DNA from: Clostridia bacterium
GTDB lineage: Bacteria > Bacillota > Clostridia > Oscillospirales > CAG-272
Direction of reading: 5' to 3'
NCBI GenBank assembly: GCA_017624905.1
Contig: JAGAMD010000012.1
Coordinates: forward strand, 506-64,505
Length of the DNA stretch: 64,000 nucleotides
Shown: piece after piece, positions 17,755 through 27,336 of the stretch
Position numbering within the stretch: position 1 is the first letter of the stretch
Layout of the letters: the number at the start of each line of letters is the position of its first letter
Made by a program: the position numbers and the translations under genes
Notes under the pieces: model-generated
What the model was told of the DNA's origin: nothing
What the model saw: the letters and a program-made list of their open reading frames with translations, nothing else
The model's database searches: none

Positions 17755-18759
17755 TCACCTTGTAAAAATTGCAGTATCAAAGGTGTAACCACCATCACAT
17801 TTTTTAATGCCGTATCTTGTTTTTTTGATAAGCTCAAAAAGCTTTTCACCATCAATGCCGACAAGGTCGCCACACGAGTCAAGAAAATCCTCGGCACTAG
17901 GGTGAAAATGTGTTGTTGTAACATAAATGCCACGAGTTGCACCACTTGCGTTCATAGCTCCGTAGAACTCACGCACCTCTTTTTCGGTAACGTGTGCACG
18001 GTCGCGACACTTAGTTTGTGCAACTATCTTTTCATTAAATCCTAAATAATCAACGGTTTCAAGCACAACATCTATACCACCATCGTCGCTACCACCTGTT
18101 ATGTCGCAATATACAACCATCATACCGGATAAGGTATAGTATTTTTCGAGCAGGTTAGCTACAAAGCTCTCGAAAAATTTTCCGCCCATCATCCAAAGCT
18201 GCTTGTAAAACTTAGACTTGAATTCATTTTCAGGTAGGGGAGTGTCGTAAATTGCCTCACATAGATTGCTTTTTAGTGTATATTTTGAGCCAACTATTTC
18301 AACCTCGCCAAGGTCAACCAGCTCAAAAAGAACATTACCTGCGATTGAACGTAAGGTGTAGTCGTCCTTAAATGACAAGGTTGAGCCTGTGCCGAAATAA
18401 ACCTCAAGCCTTGTGAAAATCTCCTCTTTAGAGTATGCACCGGTCTCTAAAATGTTCAAAATTTCATTTTGACACTCATCCTCGCCAATAATTACAAGCT
18501 CCTCTTTAGCAAGATAGTACCTTTCACCCTCACGTCTGATGTCCTTTTTGTTCATAAGGTCATTAAGGGCAGTGCCTATGTAACTTCTGATTATACTGTT
18601 TTTACTCTTTGGAGAAAAGTCCTCCAGCTCACTCCTAGATAGTCCATATGCTTTTAATGCACCATCAATTATCTCATTACGAGTAGCACCACCGCTTTTT
18701 GTCAAGAAATCAACAATAGAGGCAAGAGCTCTTTTTCTCATTTTATTTGTAATACGCAT
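17755..18759 (-). CDS. Mrr-like restriction endonuclease (N-terminal winged-helix region + Mrr_cat PD-(D/E)xK domain)
   Basis: C-terminal domain motifs FESFVANLLEK, GGSDDGGIDVVLE, IVAQTKCR, GIYVTTTHF match the Mrr catalytic-domain pattern. Confidence 0.75.
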   Translation of the reverse strand: MRITNKMRKRALASIVDFLTKSGGATRNEIIDGALKAYGLSRSELEDFSPKSKNSIIRSYIGTALNDLMNKKDIRREGERYYLAKEELVIIGEDECQNEILNILETGAYSKEEIFTRLEVYFGTGSTLSFKDDYTLRSIAGNVLFELVDLGEVEIVGSKYTLKSNLCEAIYDTPLPENEFKSKFYKQLWMMGGKFFESFVANLLEKYYTLSGMMVVYCDITGGSDDGGIDVVLETVDYLGFNEKIVAQTKCRDRAHVTEKEVREFYGAMNASGATRGIYVTTTHFHPSAEDFLDSCGDLVGIDGEKLFELIKKTRYGIKKCDGGYTFDTAIFTR

Positions 18760-18850
18760 AAATTCACCACCTTAAGGAGCTTTCCTACCTATATTTTATC
18801 ACAAAAAATGCACTCGTGCAATAAAATACTGAATTAATTTACATATGATT

Positions 18851-18879
18851 AAAAAAGAGCCTACACAGTAGGCCCTTTT
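18851..18879 (-). terminator. Weak rho-independent terminator after the cytidylate-kinase-like gene
   Basis: GCCTA/TAGGC stem with flanking A/T runs. Confidence 0.45.
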
Positions 18880-18889
18880 CCTGTTTAAT

Positions 18890-19489
18890 TTATTTTTCGG
18901 TTTCCCTTCGATAAATTTCAGCAATAAACTCAGCGGTTTTTTCAATTCCAAGGTCGGTGGAGTTGAGCATTAATGTGTAGTTTTCACGCTCACCCCAGGT
19001 CTTGCCTGTGTAGTATTTGTAGTTTATACTACGCTTTTTGTCAGTTTCCTTGATAAGCTTTTTGGCTTCCTTTTCGCTAACTCCCTTGAAGTTCATTGTA
19101 CGTTTGATTTTTTCTTCCGTTGAAGCATAGATAAACACATTTAGTGTATCGTAAGCTCTTAATATATAGTCAGCACTACGTCCAACAAAAACACAAGGTC
19201 CATTTCCCGCAAGCTCACGGATTACCTTTTTCTGTATAGCGAAAATCCTGTCCTCAATTGATTCTCCCGATGCACTTCTGCCTACAAAGGAATAGGCAAA
19301 TATGCTCTTCGAAGGAGCATATTCAGTTACACGCTTAATGAAGTCATCAACAAAGCCTGACTCCTCGGCAATTTTTTCGATAACGTCCTTGTCGTAGCAA
19401 GGAATACCAAGCTTTTTAGCAACTAGTAAGCCTATATATTTGCCTCCACTACCGAACTCACGGCTGATAGTAATAATTTTGTTACTCAT
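18890..19489 (-). CDS. Cytidylate kinase-like family protein (AAA/P-loop-like)
   Basis: N-terminal ITISREFGSGG signature of the cytidylate-kinase-like family; 199 aa. Confidence 0.7.
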   Translation of the reverse strand: MSNKIITISREFGSGGKYIGLLVAKKLGIPCYDKDVIEKIAEESGFVDDFIKRVTEYAPSKSIFAYSFVGRSASGESIEDRIFAIQKKVIRELAGNGPCVFVGRSADYILRAYDTLNVFIYASTEEKIKRTMNFKGVSEKEAKKLIKETDKKRSINYKYYTGKTWGERENYTLMLNSTDLGIEKTAEFIAEIYRRETEK

Positions 19490-19594
19490 AAAACATCCTT
19501 TCCCAAGACCATTCTTGTGTTAAAATAATTTCTTTGTACTAATATTTTATCATATAGCCAATATAATTGTCAATAAAATTTAGGCTATGTCAAC

Positions 19595-19626
19595 AAAAAA
19601 ACAGCGAAAAATCGCTGTTTTTTGTT
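19595..19626 (-). terminator. Rho-independent terminator
   Basis: ACAGCGA / TCGCTGT stem flanked by A- and T-runs. Confidence 0.8.
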
Positions 19627-19646
19627 TATTTTTAACACAAAAGTGC

Positions 19647-22600
19647 TTATTTTTTCTTTCTGCGTCTGAAAATACGCTTGAATATTCTGTAAATTCCACG
19701 GAAGAAGCCGTAAATAACCTTGCAGAACCAACGGATTAAACGGCGTTTTTCCAGCTTTTTGTTCATCTTTTCCTTAAAGGTCTTTCTGTCGTAGAGAAGA
19801 TAAACAATAGCCTTTTTCCACTTACTGCCCTCTAGTGTGAATGCAAACGAAGTATTGTCAACAACGCTTTGTCCCTTCAGCTGAGCTAAATGCCAGGTCC
19901 AGGTTTCAAATACGGAACGAGCCTCGTAGCCGGAATATACAGTGTCCTCAATCATAGCATTTGAAAATGCGTATCTATCAAACTCAGGTGAGTTGAGCAG
20001 CATATAGTCAAATGCGATAGCATAATCGGAGTTTCTAGCCTTGAAGTCATCAAGCTCACCAAAAATATCAAGGTAATCCTTAACATAGTCAAGAGCGCCC
20101 TTTTGCATTTGGCAAACTGCAAAGGTTGATTCATAGGATAGGGAGTCAGTTGTTTCCTCAATTAGAGGAGTGATAATACCACCATCAAACTTGTATCCAT
20201 AGCAGGATGGAGTTGGATCTGACATAAAATATTCTCTTATAATGCCGGAGATTGTTGGTGTGTGGTCATAGTAGGAATAAATCTTAAAGCGGTCTTGAAC
20301 ATTTATATCTGTGTTGTAGCCGTTTGTGTGAATAAAGAATGTATCAATGCTTCTTTGCGCAAGGTCGCAAATGATAGATTGTAGTCTGCCACTATAACCT
20401 AAATCAAAGGTGGCAGTATTCTCACCGAACACATTCTTAAAAGCTTCACTCGCTACTGCAAAATTATGACGGCAGAGAGACTCATCAAATGAAATATCGA
20501 TAAGAGCCGAAATAAAGCTGTAAAACTCGCCGTAATTTCTAAAGCGTTCCTCAAGCTCAATTCCTCTTTGCTTGTAAAGAGTCTTATCGCTCTCGCTAAG
20601 TGGCTTAAGAACAGAAGAAATCAACTCCATAAGATGCAAAGGAGTATGCTCACGAACATCAATAAACGCCTCAAGCGAATATAAATCCTTAGCTTCCTTT
20701 ATGCTATAAGGCATAAGTGCCTTTCTTGTAGCATAGAAGTAGTCGCTCTTTATGTCCTCATTACGTGCTTGACAGAGCATATCAAATGCTTTTTTAACCA
20801 TCTTTCCATCACGAGCAAGGAAAACAATTTTTTTGTAGCCGTTTTTCTTTGCCTCGTCAAGAATCCACTCGGCAATTCCCAAAACGTGCATACCAAGAGT
20901 AGTGTAGCCCATTAGGTAAGTATCGCCATTGTAGTTTGAGTTGCTTTGGAAAATAGTAAATGGATAGTCAAAAGCATTATTAACAGCAGTTGCAAGAGCA
21001 CATCTGAGCGGCAGCTGCTCCATAGAAGCAAGAGGCTTATCCTTAGTTGCTAATAAAGTAGTAAATGGTGTTGCACCATTACCGGTATAAATATCGGAAA
21101 TCTTGTTTTCAAATGTTTCGGTAGCCTTAGGGAAGAAGATGGTTTCAAATCCATTTTCGCTAGCATTTACAACATCTGAATTCCAGTTGTCGCCAATGTG
21201 GATAGCCTCACCCTTCTTAAAGTCAAGCTCCTTGCTTGCTAGCTTGAATAAATCGCCTGTTGACTTGAGCAATCTTTCTTCACTTGATAGATATAGAGCC
21301 TCATAGCCCTCATATCCATTCTTGTGAAGAATTTCCTCAATAGTATCTCTTTCAAGATACATATCAGAGATAATTACTACACGCTTGCCAAAGAGAAGTG
21401 CTAAATCAAAGATTTCCTTTGCACTCTTTCTTTGCATACAGTATTTTATTTCGGTAGCATTTTCAATATCTCTAATTTCCATTGCATCCTCGTGGGAAAT
21501 ACCTGCCTCCTTTGCAAAGGCGCTATATATCTCAGTCAATGTAACATCCTGATATTTCGGGTTTCTTTCCTTTGAGTAGTTACGAGCCTTTTCCTCGGCA
21601 CTCCTTCTTAATTTTACAAAGGTCTTTTCATTTATATGACTGTGTAGGCGACTAGCCTCCTTGCCGACAAAATAAAGAACATCAGCCGGATCATAGAAAG
21701 GTCTTTTTATAAGAGTATCAAAAATATCAAAGGAAACAATTTTGATTTTTGGATCATAAAGAGCCTTTTTAATGCCCTCCATTCTGCCTGACCAGTCGGT
21801 TGTCAGAGAATAGAAGTAAAACTCATACGGATAAGGATAAACAGCCTCCTCCTTGTCAAATGCCTCACAAAGAAGAGCTTGTGCCTCCTTGTCGCCGCCT
21901 AAGCCTGCAGCACCAACGTTACCGCACCAAATTCTGTGATATCTTGATTTAAAACGCTCAATAAGCGGTAAATACTCGTTATATAGCTCACTATCATATT
22001 CATTTAGGCTTGATTTAACAAACTCAAAGACAGCCTTCATATCTCTTACGTTTCTTAAAACCTTTTCCTTTGGAAGAGTAGTGCTGGTAGATGCAGCTGC
22101 GTGTCTAATATAGAAATAGCAATCTGCGTTAGCAAAGGCAAGACTGTTTGCGTGAGTATAGAATACGGATGAAAAAGCAATGTCCTCACCCATAATTAAA
22201 TTAAAGTCGATTTTTTTGAAATAAGGTAAGCATCTGTCGACAAGCTCCTTTTTGTAAACCTTATTCCAAACAGTATGCCAAGAGAAGCAGCTGCCCTCTT
22301 GCAAATAAAATGATTTTAGCAGCTCGTCCTTTCTTAGTGTTTGCATAGATTGGTTAAGACTAGCGTAAATGCTGTTATAGTAATATCTATCGTTCTCATT
22401 GATTTCATCAATGCTGACAGTATTGCCGATAACCATATCGGCATCTTCCTCGCCAATCTTCTTCATAAGAAGTCTAAACCAGTCGATAGAAACATAGTCG
22501 TCCGCGTCAACAAAAGCAATATATTCGCCCTTAGCTACCTCAAGTCCCGCAACACGCGCACGGAAAAGGCCAAGGTTTGAAGGATTATATATAACCTTAA

Positions 22601-22784
22601 CTCTTTCATCCTTATTTGCATATTCCTCAGCTATTTTAGCGCACTTGTCAGGAGAGCCATCATCTACACAAAGAATCTCAAGATTCTTGTATGATTGATT
22701 AATAATACTTTCAAGACAGGTTGGCAAAAACCTTTCAACGCCGTACATAGGAATTATAACGGAAAGCAGTGGAGATTTTTTCAT
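19647..22784 (-). CDS. Large multidomain protein: N-terminal family 2 glycosyltransferase, central HAD-like hydrolase module, long uncharacterised C-region with a basic tail
   Basis: GT2 motifs LSVIIPMYGVERFL, CVDDGSPD, FVDADD. HAD motif I-like SFDIFDTLIKRPF. Tail RRLIRWFCKVIYGFFRGIYRIFKRIFRRRKKK. I prefer ATG 22784 (GAGG 7 nt upstream) over the TTG at 22802. Confidence 0.75.
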   Translation of the reverse strand: MKKSPLLSVIIPMYGVERFLPTCLESIINQSYKNLEILCVDDGSPDKCAKIAEEYANKDERVKVIYNPSNLGLFRARVAGLEVAKGEYIAFVDADDYVSIDWFRLLMKKIGEEDADMVIGNTVSIDEINENDRYYYNSIYASLNQSMQTLRKDELLKSFYLQEGSCFSWHTVWNKVYKKELVDRCLPYFKKIDFNLIMGEDIAFSSVFYTHANSLAFANADCYFYIRHAAASTSTTLPKEKVLRNVRDMKAVFEFVKSSLNEYDSELYNEYLPLIERFKSRYHRIWCGNVGAAGLGGDKEAQALLCEAFDKEEAVYPYPYEFYFYSLTTDWSGRMEGIKKALYDPKIKIVSFDIFDTLIKRPFYDPADVLYFVGKEASRLHSHINEKTFVKLRRSAEEKARNYSKERNPKYQDVTLTEIYSAFAKEAGISHEDAMEIRDIENATEIKYCMQRKSAKEIFDLALLFGKRVVIISDMYLERDTIEEILHKNGYEGYEALYLSSEERLLKSTGDLFKLASKELDFKKGEAIHIGDNWNSDVVNASENGFETIFFPKATETFENKISDIYTGNGATPFTTLLATKDKPLASMEQLPLRCALATAVNNAFDYPFTIFQSNSNYNGDTYLMGYTTLGMHVLGIAEWILDEAKKNGYKKIVFLARDGKMVKKAFDMLCQARNEDIKSDYFYATRKALMPYSIKEAKDLYSLEAFIDVREHTPLHLMELISSVLKPLSESDKTLYKQRGIELEERFRNYGEFYSFISALIDISFDESLCRHNFAVASEAFKNVFGENTATFDLGYSGRLQSIICDLAQRSIDTFFIHTNGYNTDINVQDRFKIYSYYDHTPTISGIIREYFMSDPTPSCYGYKFDGGIITPLIEETTDSLSYESTFAVCQMQKGALDYVKDYLDIFGELDDFKARNSDYAIAFDYMLLNSPEFDRYAFSNAMIEDTVYSGYEARSVFETWTWHLAQLKGQSVVDNTSFAFTLEGSKWKKAIVYLLYDRKTFKEKMNKKLEKRRLIRWFCKVIYGFFRGIYRIFKRIFRRRKKK

Positions 22785-23020
22785 CACAGTACCTCGTTTC
22801 AAATCAACTTAATTTAGTATTCTCGCATACCATATCATTTTAATTATACCACACCAAAAAAATCAAGTCAACTAATTTTATATATAAATAATTGTCAAAT
22901 TATGCTATAAAAAACGCCTTGCTTTGTGATATTTGTACTATAAATAATATTATAAATAAAATAAACTTGATTTTAATATTGAAATATGGTATCATTAATA
23001 CGATAAAAATTTTCGAGGTA

Positions 23021-24613
23021 AAAATGATTACAGTAAACAACTTATCCTTCAATTTTGGAGGGCAGCTTTTATTTAAAGACGTAAATTTGAAATTTACACC
23101 CGGCAACTGCTATGGTGTTATCGGAGCAAATGGAGCCGGCAAGAGTACATTTTTGCGTATTCTATGTCGTGAGCTTGAGCCAACTAAGGGCGAGGTGTCA
23201 ATCCCTGACACTGTTAGAATGAGTGTACTTAAGCAAAACCACTTTGAGTTTGACGAATATACAGTTCTTGATACAGTTATTATGGGTAATGAGCGACTTT
23301 ACTCCATTATGAAGGAGAAGGACGCTTTATATATGAAGGAGGACTTTTCCGAGGAGGACGGCATCCGTGCGAGCGAGCTAGAGGGCGAGTTTGCCGAGCT
23401 AAACGGATGGGAGGCAGAGAGCGATGTTTCTAAGCTAATCCAAGGACTTGGACTTGACGAGAGCCTTCTTTATGAGCAGATGGTTAATCTAAAGGAAAGT
23501 GAAAAAATCAAGGTTCTTCTTGCACAAGCACTTTTTGGCAACCCTGATATTATTCTTTTGGACGAGCCTACAAACGGTCTGGATATTGACGCTATCACTT
23601 GGTTAGAGGACTTCTTGTCCGACTACTTTGGTACTGTTTTAGTTGTATCGCACGACCGCCACTTTTTAAACGACGTATGTACAAACATTGTCGATATTGA
23701 CTACACAGGCATTAAAATGTACGTTGGTAACTACGAGTTTTGGTATGAGTCTAGTCAACTAATCCAACGTATGATTAAGCAACAAAACAAGAAAAACGAG
23801 GAGAAAATCAAGGAGCTCCAAAGCTTTATTTCTCGTTTCTCAGCTAACAAATCAAAATCAAGACAGGCTACCTCACGTAGAAAGCTACTTGATAAGCTAA
23901 CCGTTGAGGAATTGCCGGCATCAAGCCGTCGCTATCCGTTTATCGGCTTTGATATGGATAGAGAGGCGGGTAAGGACATACTAACGGTTACTGACCTATC
24001 TAAGAGTGAAAACGGCGTGTCTCTTTTCAAAAACGTGTCGTTTACAGCATCAAAGGGCGACAAAATCGCATTGCTCGGTAACGAAATGGCTATAACAGCA
24101 TTTTTCAAGGTTTTAATGGAGGAGACAGAGGCTGACTCAGGCTCATTTAAATGGGGCATTAGTATTTCAAAATCATATTTTCCAAAGGACAATATTGATT
24201 ATTTTTCCGGCTGTACCGATTCCATCCTTGACTGGATGAGAAGATATTCAAAGGACCAAACAGAAACATACTTGCGTGGCTTCCTCGGTAGAATGCTATT
24301 TTCGGGCGATTCTATTTTCAAGCCTGTAAATGTTCTTTCCGGTGGAGAAAAGGCGAGATGTATGTTCTCACGCATGATGCTTTTCGGCTCAAACTTCTTG
24401 CTTCTTGACCAACCAACAAACCACCTAGACCTTGAGTCCATCACAGCCGTTAACAACGGACTATCCGACTTTAAGGGAAATATTCTGTTCTACTCACACG
24501 ACTACGAAACAATAAATACCGTTGCCAACCGTATAATTGAATTTAAAGAGGACGGGATTTATGACTTCAGTGGCACGTATGAAGAATTTTTAGAGTATAA
24601 AAAAACACACTAA
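23021..24613 (+). CDS. ABC-F family ATPase (YbiT-like) with a degenerate second nucleotide-binding site
   Basis: NBD1 is canonical (GANGAGKST, LSGGW-type region, ILLDEPTNGLD). NBD2 has LLGNEMAIT in place of Walker A and LLLDQPTNHLD in place of Walker B D-E. The start at 23021 has GAGG 5 nt upstream; the track start 22892 is an AT-rich in-frame extension. Confidence 0.85.
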   Translation, partial: KMITVNNLSFNFGGQLLFKDVNLKFTPGNCYGVIGANGAGKSTFLRILCRELEPTKGEVSIPDTVRMSVLKQNHFEFDEYTVLDTVIMGNERLYSIMKEKDALYMKEDFSEEDGIRASELEGEFAELNGWEAESDVSKLIQGLGLDESLLYEQMVNLKESEKIKVLLAQALFGNPDIILLDEPTNGLDIDAITWLEDFLSDYFGTVLVVSHDRHFLNDVCTNIVDIDYTGIKMYVGNYEFWYESSQLIQRMIKQQNKKNEEKIKELQSFISRFSANKSKSRQATSRRKLLDKLTVEELPASSRRYPFIGFDMDREAGKDILTVTDLSKSENGVSLFKNVSFTASKGDKIALLGNEMAITAFFKVLMEETEADSGSFKWGISISKSYFPKDNIDYFSGCTDSILDWMRRYSKDQTETYLRGFLGRMLFSGDSIFKPVNVLSGGEKARCMFSRMMLFGSNFLLLDQPTNHLDLESITAVNNGLSDFKGNILFYSHDYETINTVANRIIEFKEDGIYDFSGTYEEFLEYKKTH

Positions 24614-24683
24614 TAAGCCTTCTTTGTAAAGGGAGATGCCTCGCTTTGCGAGACGGAGGAGTTTAAAATTGAAAGGAGAAGCG

Positions 24684-25925
24684 ATGTACGAGCAAAGAAA
24701 AGTAGCGGTAATCGGCGGTGGACCTGCCGGTATGATGAGTGCAATTTATGCATCTATAAATGGTGCATCGGTTACTCTTTTTGAAAAAAATGACCGACTG
24801 GGCAAAAAGCTTGCTATAACAGGCAAGGGCAGATGTAATGTAACAAACGATTGCGAAAATAGTGAGTTTTTAAAGAATGTAATCTCCAATCCAAAGTTCT
24901 TATATGCATCAATAAACGCATTCAATACCGAGGACACAAAGTCATTTTTTGAAAATGCAGGTGTGCCACTGAAAACCGAGCGAGGCAGACGTGTCTTTCC
25001 CGTGTCGGACAAGGCAATAGATATTGTAAACGCACTTAAAAAAACACTTATAGATTATGGTGTAACCATAAAAAACGAAAAGGTAACAAAAATCGAGACA
25101 GAAAACGGCAAGGTAACAGGCTTAAAAACCTCACGAGGGGAATACAGCTTTGATGCCGCTATTGTAGCAACAGGCGGAGCATCCTATACAGGCACAGGCT
25201 CTGACGGAGACGGCTTTCGCTTTGCCCGTGAGCTAGGGCACGAGATAACACCGCTTGTCCCATCACTTGTCCCGCTTGAAACTACCGAGGACGTGTCGGA
25301 AATTATGGGCGTATCACTAAAAAATGTTGTCTTGAAAATCAAAAATAATGAAACAGGCAAGACAGTTTTTGAGGAAATGGGCGAGATGTTGTTTACTCAC
25401 TTTGGAATAAGTGGACCACTCACGCTTTCAGCCTCGTGCCATATGCAAAAAATGCAAAAGGGCAAGTATTCAGCCATAATTGACTTTAAACCTGCACTCG
25501 ATAGGCAAACACTTGATAACAGAGTTTTATCAGATTTTTCAAAGCAATTAAACAAGGATTTTCAAAATTCACTTGGTGGGCTTTTACCGTCAAAGATAAT
25601 TCCTTTTATGATAAAAAAGAGTGGTATTGAGCCAAGTGCAAAGGTCAACTCTATAACTAAGGAGCAAAGAGCATCCTTGGTTGATACACTAAAGGGACTA
25701 ACACTTGAAATTTACGGCTTCCGTTCATTAAACGAGGCAATAGTTACACAGGGCGGAGTTAAAACAAACGAGATTAATCCATCTACAATGGAGTCCAAAA
25801 AGGTAAAGGGACTTTATTTTGCGGGTGAGGTTATAGATGTAGATGCCTATACAGGTGGCTACAATTTGCAAATAGCATTTTCAACAGGCGCACTCTCCGG
25901 CACACACAGTGCGTGGGGAGATTAA
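24684..25925 (+). CDS. HI0933/BaiN-family NAD(P)/FAD-dependent oxidoreductase
   Basis: VAVIGGGPAGMM dinucleotide-binding motif, ITGKGRCNVTN, and C-terminal GGYNLQ typical of the YhiN/HI0933 family. AAAGGAGAAG RBS before ATG 24684. Confidence 0.8.
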   Translation: MYEQRKVAVIGGGPAGMMSAIYASINGASVTLFEKNDRLGKKLAITGKGRCNVTNDCENSEFLKNVISNPKFLYASINAFNTEDTKSFFENAGVPLKTERGRRVFPVSDKAIDIVNALKKTLIDYGVTIKNEKVTKIETENGKVTGLKTSRGEYSFDAAIVATGGASYTGTGSDGDGFRFARELGHEITPLVPSLVPLETTEDVSEIMGVSLKNVVLKIKNNETGKTVFEEMGEMLFTHFGISGPLTLSASCHMQKMQKGKYSAIIDFKPALDRQTLDNRVLSDFSKQLNKDFQNSLGGLLPSKIIPFMIKKSGIEPSAKVNSITKEQRASLVDTLKGLTLEIYGFRSLNEAIVTQGGVKTNEINPSTMESKKVKGLYFAGEVIDVDAYTGGYNLQIAFSTGALSGTHSAWGD

Positions 25926-25942
25926 ATATACGGAGGTATTAT

Positions 25943-26608
25943 ATGAAAATTGCACTTGACGGACCAAGCGGAGCAGGAAAAAGCACAGTTGCTAAGGCTT
26001 TGGCAAAAAAATTGGGAATAATTTATGTAGATACAGGAGCACTTTATCGTACGGTTGGTCTTTATGTAAAGAACCAAGGAGTAGCTAAGGACGACGAAGA
26101 AAAGGTTATAGCTCTTTTGCCACAAATCAATCTCGGAATGGAATTTATAAACGGAGAGCAAATTGTAACATTAAACGGAGTTAATGTTGGCGATACAATA
26201 AGAACAGGTGAAATCGCTATGTATGCCTCTCGAGTAAGTGCAATTCCGGAGGTACGTACATTCCTTCTTGAAACTCAAAGAAAGATAGCAAGAGAGAATA
26301 GCGTTGTTATGGACGGCCGTGATATAGGTACAGTTATTTTGCCGGATGCAGAGGTTAAAATCTTTATGTTTGCATCAGCCGAGGCAAGAGCAGAAAGACG
26401 CTACAAGGAGCTTATTGCCAAGGGCGAAAATTGTACTCTTGAAAGCGTTCTTGAGGACATTAAAACTCGCGACCACAACGACTCAACAAGAAAGACAGCT
26501 CCGGCTGTTCCTGCTGAGGACGCAGTTATGCTTGATAACTCAAGCCTCGATATAGACGGCACAGTAAATGCAGTAATAGAAATAATTAAGTCGAAGGTTG
26601 AGCTATGA
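25943..26608 (+). CDS. cmk: Cytidylate kinase
   Basis: IALDGPSGAGKST P-loop, YVDTGALYR and DGRDIGT motifs. Confidence 0.9.
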   Translation: MKIALDGPSGAGKSTVAKALAKKLGIIYVDTGALYRTVGLYVKNQGVAKDDEEKVIALLPQINLGMEFINGEQIVTLNGVNVGDTIRTGEIAMYASRVSAIPEVRTFLLETQRKIARENSVVMDGRDIGTVILPDAEVKIFMFASAEARAERRYKELIAKGENCTLESVLEDIKTRDHNDSTRKTAPAVPAEDAVMLDNSSLDIDGTVNAVIEIIKSKVEL

Positions 26609-27336
26609 ACAAATTTTATAGATTTATAAAAAAATGCGGAGGATGGATTTTTAAATTATTCTACCGCTTCAAGATTGTAAATCCCCAAAATGAGCCAAAG
26701 GATGGACCGTTTATCGTTTGTGCCAACCACACACATCTGTTTGATGTTGTGCCAACGGTTGTTTGTTTAAATAATCAAGTGCATTTTATGGCTAAGAAGG
26801 AGGTTTTTAAAACACCTCTTTTAGGACCATTCGCAAAGGCTATGGGAGCTTATGGCGTTGACCGTGGTGCCGGTGATATAGGTGCTATAAAAAAGACAAT
26901 TGAAATTCTAAAGAATGGCGAATGTATATGTATGTTCCCACAGGGCACACGTATTCCTTATCTTGATCCAAGAGAGGTTGAGCCTAAGGACGGCGTTGGT
27001 ATGATTTCAGCCCGAGCAGGTGTTGGAGTTTTGCCTGTATGTATAAGAACAAAGAAAAACAAGCTATCCTTGTTTAGAAGGACTGAGTTTGTAATCGGTG
27101 AATATTTAACACCTGAGATGCTTTCATTCCCGGAGCTTAACGGCAAGGAAAAGCACAAGGCGATAACGGATTTAGTCTACGAAAGAATTTGTGAGCTAAA
27201 CGACCAAATCTCAAGAAAACCGCTTAGCGAGAAAAAGAAGGCTAAGGCTTTAGCTAAGCTTGAGAAAAAGGAAAGAAAGCAAAGAGAAAAGCTTGAAAAG
27301 AAAAAATCAAATGCTGAAAGAAGCAAGAAATTATGA
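26605..27336 (+). CDS. plsC: 1-acyl-sn-glycerol-3-phosphate acyltransferase-like protein with a Lys-rich tail
   Basis: HxxxxD box (CANHTHLFD) and FPQGTR motif. ATGA overlap with the cmk stop. Confidence 0.8.
   Translation: MNKFYRFIKKCGGWIFKLFYRFKIVNPQNEPKDGPFIVCANHTHLFDVVPTVVCLNNQVHFMAKKEVFKTPLLGPFAKAMGAYGVDRGAGDIGAIKKTIEILKNGECICMFPQGTRIPYLDPREVEPKDGVGMISARAGVGVLPVCIRTKKNKLSLFRRTEFVIGEYLTPEMLSFPELNGKEKHKAITDLVYERICELNDQISRKPLSEKKKAKALAKLEKKERKQREKLEKKKSNAERSKKL

Noticed and set aside
22892-23020. In-frame N-terminal extension of the ABC-F gene (TTG start, NNIINKINLILILKYGIINT...)
   Set aside because: The extension is AT-rich and promoter-like with no RBS. The canonical ABC-F N-terminus (MITVNNLSF) starts at 23021 with a GAGG RBS.
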